Source: Lingula anatina
Lineage: Eukaryota; Animalia; Brachiopoda
Direction of reading: 5' to 3'
DNA: 64,000 nt
NCBI GenBank assembly: GCA_051362555.1
Contig: CM120647.1
Coordinates: 14,980,651 to 15,044,650, forward strand
Part shown: one piece after another, positions 60,901-64,000 of the stretch
Position numbering within the stretch: the stretch's first letter is position 1
Layout: every line of letters begins with the position of its first letter
The notes under the pieces: model-generated
Told to the model about the DNA's origin: nothing
The model's input: only the letters and a program-made list of their open reading frames with translations
Database searches by the model: none
Made by a program: the position numbers and the translations under genes

Positions 60901-63900
60901 AAGTGGCTTGATTTTTCCCAAAGTTAAAACCATGTTGTACATACATAGAGATATAAGACAGCCAGTTCTATAATACCGGTCGCCACTGAAAAGGTTTGAT
61001 TTAAATTTGTTCCAAAAAACTATTTATGTACATTTTTGGTGCTTGCCATAAGAGTTATTTCCCACCCTTAATACCTTTTACTATGTGTTTTTGTGGTGAC
61101 TGACTTCAGTTTTTGCATGTCTTCTCTTTCCAGTCACCAAGCAGCAGACATTGCCCCAGTTCTGACATTCAGTCAAGAATCCTCTGACGCCTCTGTGTGC
61201 CGCGAGTGTAACGCCACATTTGACAGCATGGTCAGTCTTGCGAGGCACATTCGTAACCACCTGCGCCCCCAGCTGCCCGTGGAACGCAAAATGACCCGCA
61301 CTAGGAAATCCCTTGTGTGCTCCATTTGCGGTCAGGCTTGTCGAAGCCCCATCACTTTCAAGCGCCACATGAGGAAGCATAAGAAACAGGGGGTTAAGTG
61401 CCCAGAGTGCGCCATGTTTTTCTACAGAGAGGATCTCTTAGAGAGTCATATGGAAAGCAAGCACCAGAAGACAAGTTCTGAAGAAACGAAAGTGAAGGTG
61501 GCAGCACTTGATGTTGAAGCAGGAAAAGACGGCTCCCAACCTACTGATGAAAATGAACAGATGTTTATTGATCCTTCTCAAGCAGGAACACAGATAGTAA
61601 GAGAGGGAGCCACACAAGACAAGACAGATCCTCAAGTTGCCCAGGATCTTGAAGATTTAGACAAACTCTTGTCAGAATTGGAAGGGGTGCAAACACCCCC
61701 CATAGTAAATGACAGCACTAGTGCAGAAGAGAAAATGCCTACTCAAGATGAGCCAGGTCTTCCTGTTGTGACACCCGTGGCCATTGCGGCACCTCCGCAA
61801 ATTGAAATTCTACCTCCAGATCAAGGAGAATTGAAAAATAACAACACAGTTGCAGATGTGGCACAACCTCCTCCACCAAAGCGAAGGAGAGGCCGACCTC
61901 GGAAATCAGAGATGGTGAAGAAGATTGAACCTCCAGTGATAAAAGAACCGGAGAAACCTCAGGAAGCAGAGTCAGAGCAAAATTTGCGCCGTTCTTCCAG
62001 AGGCCGGGTCATTAAGCCAAGGCAGTGGCAGTTTGAGGCTGAACAAGACAAAGAGTTTAAGAAGAACAAGGAGGGTGACAGTGATGACGACGATGCTGAC
62101 CTTGATTTGGAGAGTGGTGATGACATCACTGAAGAAGAAGTCGATCTAAGTGATGACGACGGGGAAGAGTTTGTTGCCAAGCTGTACCCAATGAAAAGAA
62201 AGCGTGAGGCAGCAACAAACGGAGATGACGATGGAAATAACAGCAAAAGAGAGGCCTTAGATCTAGCAGATGAAGAGATTCAAGACCCAGAAGTCCTGTT
62301 GGAGTTGCAGGATGGCTTGGAGCAAAAGGAAGACGACTCCACATACGGGTGCCCAGTTTGTGGGGGGACATTCTCCACTCTAGAAGAAGGCAGAGAACAC
62401 ATGTCCCAAAAGCATCCAGACAACCTGAGCTACAAGTGTAAAGTATGTGGGGAAGTACTTGACAAACTTGAGTCTGGAAAAACCCACGTGCTAGAGAAGC
62501 ATAGAGAAGAGGTGGTGGGATCCAAGGACTTGGACTGGGAGTTGAATATGGATATTGAAGAGTCCTTCGATGGCAAGCACTACGTGTGCCCCGAGTGTGG
62601 GAAGAAGTTCGACAAGCCTCGGTATCTTAAAAACCATTTCCCAGTGCACACTGGGAAATACACTTGCGCTGCGTGTCACAAGGTGTTTGCCCGGGCAGAG
62701 AGTCTGGAGAAACACATCTGCAGTGCCAAGGTGGAAGTGAAGAAAACCCATTTCTGCCAGATCTGTAACTTGTCCTTCTCAAAGAAGTTGTACCTCTTCC
62801 GTCACATGGCAGCTCACACAGGAGAATTCATGTGTGAGCGCTGCAAGACGATGTTCTCTCGCAAAAAGGCACTGGAGTGGCATTTGTACAAGTGCAACCC
62901 AGCTCAACTTTCTGCAAAATCCAAGAACCATGTCTTCCCATGCGACGAGTGCGGAAAGGTGTTCAGCAGACAGCTTGCTTTGGAAAACCACAAAATTGTT
63001 CACACGGGTCAGTTCAGGTGCAGCGTGTGCAAGAAGAGCTACTCCAGTAAAGAGCGACTTCAGGAGCATGTGTGCGTGGGAAGTGCTGCAAAGGGAGGCG
63101 AAGATGGCACAGGTGGGATGTTGTCCTCGGCGAAATCCAAATTCAAGTGTGAGCTCTGCGACAAGGCCTTCATCAGGAAAGAGGATGTGTTAAAGCACGA
63201 ATATAAATGCAAGGCCAAGTTCAGCATAGAGCAAGATGGTGTGGTCAAATGTGATGACTGCGGAGAAGAATTCACTGATGCCATCTTGTTCAGGGATCAC
63301 AAGGTGAAGCACCGTCACCCCCATGAGTGTGCCAAATGTGGCAAGGGGTTCGCCAGGAAGTTCTCCCACTTGGAGCATGAGAAAACGTGCACTGGAAAAG
63401 AAGGTGAGTTTTTTTTACTTTAATTTTTAGATAAAGTTTTTTTAAATTAATTAAATACTAATTTTGGATGTATGTTGAGCTCTGCCATATGAGATTTTTT
63501 AAAGGTTACATAGAGGATTGTGCACAACATGAGCAAAAAAAAAAAAAAAACAGGCAGGCAATTAAGAACAAAAATAAAAGACAAAAAGTAACTTGATTTA
63601 GTATATAAAATGATTCTTTATAGAAAAGGTGATAGTTAAGGTTTGAAGGGATGAAGATTGACAATTTCTTGACAAATATGACATATTTTCCTCACATCAA
63701 GATTAAGGGCTCATTCCCATTGACACTATCAGTTAAACAGATTAACACATCTAAAAAAAACATACTTCATATTCCGTCAGGTGCTGTAAACTGCACAGTG
63801 TGCAACAGAACGCTCTCAGACCCACGCTATCTGGATCGCCACATGCAGACACACGAGGAGCCGAACTACGAGTGCGAGTTCTGTGGGAAGAGCTTCTATC

Positions 63901-63973
63901 GCAAGGATTACCTAAACAACCACACATGTCGCAGGCCAGATGGGTCGGTGGTCAGGATGAAATACTCAGTCAG
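51850..63973 (+). CDS. PRDM10/15-like PR/SET-domain zinc-finger protein, multi-exon, continues beyond the window
   Basis: Phase-consistent GT-AG exons: 51850-51874 (tentative), 52400-52484 (zinc knuckle CDVC...H...CPELG), 58853-59015 and 59235-59481 (PR domain: GPF, CNWLCLVR, EQN, ELKVWY), 60046-60111, 60598-60736, 61134-63403, 63781-63973. Confidence 0.88.
52869..58826 (+). mobile_element. Composite Helentron/HINE-like element filling the PRDM intron
   Basis: 5' hairpin tgtacagacaca-ga-tgtgtctgtaca, (GTC/GCC)n microsatellite, ~143-bp and ~180-bp internal tandem repeats, 3' subTIR tgtctgtacat with gacagc-ttt-gctgcc hairpin, T-run flanks. Confidence 0.8.
53845..56305. mobile_element. Kolobok-like non-autonomous DNA transposon nested in the HINE
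   Basis: TTAA TSD, AGG...CCT ends with imperfect TIR, subterminal IR ggtcacgtggt...tgacgacaatc (54012 / 56099-56124); absent from the other HINE copy at ~20548. Confidence 0.75.
59503..59670. mobile_element. ~165-bp MITE; relatives at 17942-18103 and 58493-58658
   Basis: CAGGGGTGGAT...ATCCACACCTG inverted ends; interior shared with the copies nested in both large HINEs. Confidence 0.65.
59683..59844. repeat. 75-bp tandem duplication in a PRDM intron
   Basis: tatgtatgattc at 59683, 59758 and 59833; two identical units. Confidence 0.9.
61134..63403 (+). CDS. PRDM large exon: zinc fingers, AT-hook, acidic tract
   Basis: Multiple CxxC...H...H/C fingers, KRRRGRPRK, Asp/Glu-rich stretch; acceptor ttccag at 61133 and donor gtgagt at 63404. 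Confidence 0.93.
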
Positions 63974-64000
63974 GTATGTAACAGATATTGCAGGAACTCG

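Noticed and set aside
61093-63423. Stand-alone 776-aa zinc-finger gene
   Set aside because: Bounded by splice sites in phase with the PR-domain and downstream exons; it is an internal exon.

Overview
AT-rich animal genomic DNA, probably a marine invertebrate (recurring TAGGCCTA words would fit an echinoderm; inference only). Positions 1-50 kb hold a minus-strand tandem array of one uncharacterised membrane-protein family: signal peptide, ~190-aa Cys/N-glycan ectodomain, ~8 hydrophobic segments, and the whole CDS in one exon behind a short 5'-UTR intron. It has three intact genes (2382-4724, 7906-10341, 30526-32811), one running off the left edge, one with only two homopolymer frameshifts (39695-41934), one full-length pseudogene (46052-48327) and several fragments. 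The ectodomain is near-identical across otherwise divergent subtypes, then switches to a Cys-bounded loop differing in length and sequence in each of six copies, so this is a candidate diversified receptor system. The array is built from ~15-kb segmental duplications and contains a 797-bp tandem repeat carrying a relic of the family, a young 5'-truncated LINE with intact ORF2, two solo LTRs, Helentron/HINE-like elements, MITEs and a Penelope-like fragment. Positions 51-64 kb hold a multi-exon PRDM10/15-like gene (+) that continues past the window. Its large intron contains a composite HINE-like element with a nested TTAA (Kolobok-like) insertion. All calls were made by eye; no database search was run.
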